Shown: positions 61,791 to 64,000 of the stretch, one piece after another | How the letters are laid out: the number at the start of each line of letters is the position of its first letter | Position numbering within the stretch: position 1 is the first letter of the stretch | Source: a bacterium | GTDB taxonomy: Bacteria > Bacteroidota > Ignavibacteria > UBA10030 | DNA: 64,000 bases | Reading direction: 5' to 3' | NCBI GenBank assembly: GCA_043803945.1 | Contig: JAZDJN010000087.1 | Span: 64,001 to 128,000 of the forward strand | The notes under the pieces: model-generated | Database searches by the model: none | What the model was told of the DNA's origin: nothing | What the model saw: the letters and a program-made list of their open reading frames with translations, nothing else | Translations under genes and position numbers: made by a program

Positions 61791-64000
61791 CTACTCCGGT
61801 TGACGCAACTTCTTATAGTGTCCATAGAGCTCGTTCATGCAGTCGGGACAAATCCCGTGGCTGAATTCTGCTTCTGAGTGTTCATGAATATATGCTTCCA
61901 ACTGGCTCCAGTACCCTTTATCGTCGCGGATCTTTTTACACTTTGCACAGATCGGAATCAAGCCATGTAAGGTCTTAATTTTTGCTATCGCTTCATTGAC
62001 CCTGGTTTGTAATTCTTCCTCCCTCCTTTTTAAAACCATAACACGAGCCCTGTAGATTCCCCCAACTGTTGCAAGAACAACCACTACGCAAAGGAGAGAG
62101 AACCACGTTGTCTGATAGAAATAGGGTTCCAATTCAATCTGAAGGGAAGCACCTTGTTCATTCCAATAGCCGTCAGAATTCCGTGCCTGAACCCTGAATG
62201 TGTACTCGCCGGGAGGAATATTGGTAAAGTACGCTGCACGCCGCATACCGACCTCCTTCCATTCTTTATTAAATCCTTCCAATTTAAATTTGAAGAGAAT
62301 TTTTTCCGAGACGATAAAGCTCAGGCCGGTATAATGAATTTCCAGATAACTGTAACCCGGTAAGACAAGAATTTTCTGTGTCAGGGGTATCCGCTGATTG
62401 TCGATGCTGATGGATTCGATCTTCACCGGCGGCGGCACAGAATTCAGCGGAATGTCGTCGGGGTTTAGAATCGCTACACCGTTGGTTGTCGGGAACCACA
62501 TCTTTCCATCACTCGCCCTAATCCCTGCCGGTTGAGAATTCCCGTTGCATTCACTGCTTCGCATTCCATCCGCTGTGCCATAGCCAATGCAGATAATCTC
62601 GGGTGTATTTTTATCGGCAAACTCATTTAACGATTTACGTGAGATGCGGAAAACACCTTTGTTTGAACTCATCCACAGATGCCGATCGTCATCTTCAAGG
62701 ATTTGATAGATCGTGTCATCAAACAATCCATCTTGTGATGTATAGCGGAAAATCTTGTCCCCCTTGAGCCGGAATAATCCATCACCAAAGGTGCCAAGCC
62801 AGACTGTCCGGTCGTCGTCTTCGTAGATGGCAAACACGTCGGAGGGGATGCCGTTTCTTGCATCATAGAGTGTGGTTTTACCTTTCTGCCATCGAGCTAA
62901 TCCTGAGGAGTACCCTGCCCACATAGTATTATCCCGCCCACGATACACCACTCGAATCCTTGTCGCAGGGATTCCCTCCTTTTCCAGGTTCTCAAATCTC
63001 CCGTTGCGCAAACGATCGATTCCACCTTCAGCGTACGCCACCCATAAATTCCCCTCAAAATCCTCCGTCAATCCGCGTACATATTCATAGGTAAGGCTAT
63101 TCTGAGTGGTGTAGTTCTTAAATGTCCGGCCGTTAAATTGTGATAGTCCTTTTCTCATACCAATCCAGAGCTTGCCGCGTGAATCGACATAGACTGAACG
63201 GATCTGATTGTTGAGCAATCCATCCTGTGTTGTATAGTTGGTGATCACACCATTTTTCCAGTGTGACAGCCCCGTCTCAGTTCCAATCCAAAAAGATCCT
63301 CCGCGACCTTCGAAAATCGACCAAACCTGGGGACCGGCAAGACCTTCTGGAGTTGAGTACGATTCAAATTTCCCACGCCATAATTTATTGACGCCATGAT
63401 AATACGTACCGGCCCAGATATTCCCTTCATGATCTTCCATCAGCGAAAGAATATGAACCGCTGAGAGCCCTTCTCGTGAAGATAAATTTTCCAGAGATCC
63501 ATCCATGAACCGATATAATCCGTTCTTCTCTGTACCGATCCACACACTTCCGGTTCTATCTGTATAGAGTGAATGAATTAACGATGATGATATCTCCGAA
63601 AGTTTTTCACACTGTCGATTTTTAGAGTTCCTGAGAAAGTATAATCCTTCAGCCGTTCCAACCCAGAGTGTTTGGTCTTTGCCCAGACAGAGAGCATAAA
63701 TGATAATGGATCGGGGAAAACCCTGAATGGGAACATCGTGTAGTTCCCCCCCTCTCAAGACCTTAAGGCCTACATTCGTTCCAACCCATAGTGTTCCTTG
63801 TTGATCCTCAGTCAGAGCAGTGACAGTCAGATCCTTGAGGTTTTGATGTGCAGGACTGACTGCTACCATTCCATTGCGAACAGTAAGGAGCCCCACTCTG
63901 GAACCTATCAAGAGGTTTCCGTTATGATCGAGAAAGAGAGTGTTACATATGAATACACCAATGGATGGATCAGCGGGAACCGGTGTAAACACTCCATGAA
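61791..64000 (-). CDS. Beta-propeller/Y_Y_Y membrane sensor with short Cys-rich cytoplasmic tail; 5' end outside the window
   Basis: Repeated ED..G.LW.GT..GL blades, YFTNIPPGEYTFRVQARNSDG, TM, then IPICAKCKKIRDDKGYW...FSHGICPDC. Confidence 0.9.
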   Translation of the reverse strand, partial: HGVFTPVPADPSIGVFICNTLFLDHNGNLLIGSRVGLLTVRNGMVAVSPAHQNLKDLTVTALTEDQQGTLWVGTNVGLKVLRGGELHDVPIQGFPRSIIIYALCLGKDQTLWVGTAEGLYFLRNSKNRQCEKLSEISSSLIHSLYTDRTGSVWIGTEKNGLYRFMDGSLENLSSREGLSAVHILSLMEDHEGNIWAGTYYHGVNKLWRGKFESYSTPEGLAGPQVWSIFEGRGGSFWIGTETGLSHWKNGVITNYTTQDGLLNNQIRSVYVDSRGKLWIGMRKGLSQFNGRTFKNYTTQNSLTYEYVRGLTEDFEGNLWVAYAEGGIDRLRNGRFENLEKEGIPATRIRVVYRGRDNTMWAGYSSGLARWQKGKTTLYDARNGIPSDVFAIYEDDDRTVWLGTFGDGLFRLKGDKIFRYTSQDGLFDDTIYQILEDDDRHLWMSSNKGVFRISRKSLNEFADKNTPEIICIGYGTADGMRSSECNGNSQPAGIRASDGKMWFPTTNGVAILNPDDIPLNSVPPPVKIESISIDNQRIPLTQKILVLPGYSYLEIHYTGLSFIVSEKILFKFKLEGFNKEWKEVGMRRAAYFTNIPPGEYTFRVQARNSDGYWNEQGASLQIELEPYFYQTTWFSLLCVVVVLATVGGIYRARVMVLKRREEELQTRVNEAIAKIKTLHGLIPICAKCKKIRDDKGYWSQLEAYIHEHSEAEFSHGICPDCMNELYGHYKKLRQPE

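Overview
Bacterial chromosome segment, most likely from an Ignavibacteria-like FCB-group organism (inferred from a T9SS-type QNYPNPFNPST C-terminal domain, S46 peptidases, DUF4292/DUF5687-like genes and good Shine-Dalgarno sites). Left to right: two APC transporters; a minus-strand STAS-exbB-exbD-exbD-tonB-PstS-like-TPR-PsbP-like operon with a near-consensus sigma54 promoter, lying next to an NtrC-family two-component pair; a TetR-TolC-RND efflux operon; secreted hydrolases; response regulators around tRNA-Pro; envelope genes; radA-deaminase-rdgB; an M14 peptidase and two S46 peptidases; a selenocysteine island (about 51.2-61.7 kb); and a truncated beta-propeller sensor. The main result is that the island contains two selenoproteins hidden from the ORF track: a 52-aa membrane microprotein ending U-L-D-C-I-G-I-G, and a Sec-containing SelD. 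Each UGA is followed by a perfect SECIS-like hairpin. They sit with a membrane polyferredoxin, selA, selB, a double-cubane-type reductase, a Cys-Cys-Cys methyltransferase and two 2-hydroxyacyl-CoA dehydratase-like subunits. All calls come from manual reading; no database searches were run.
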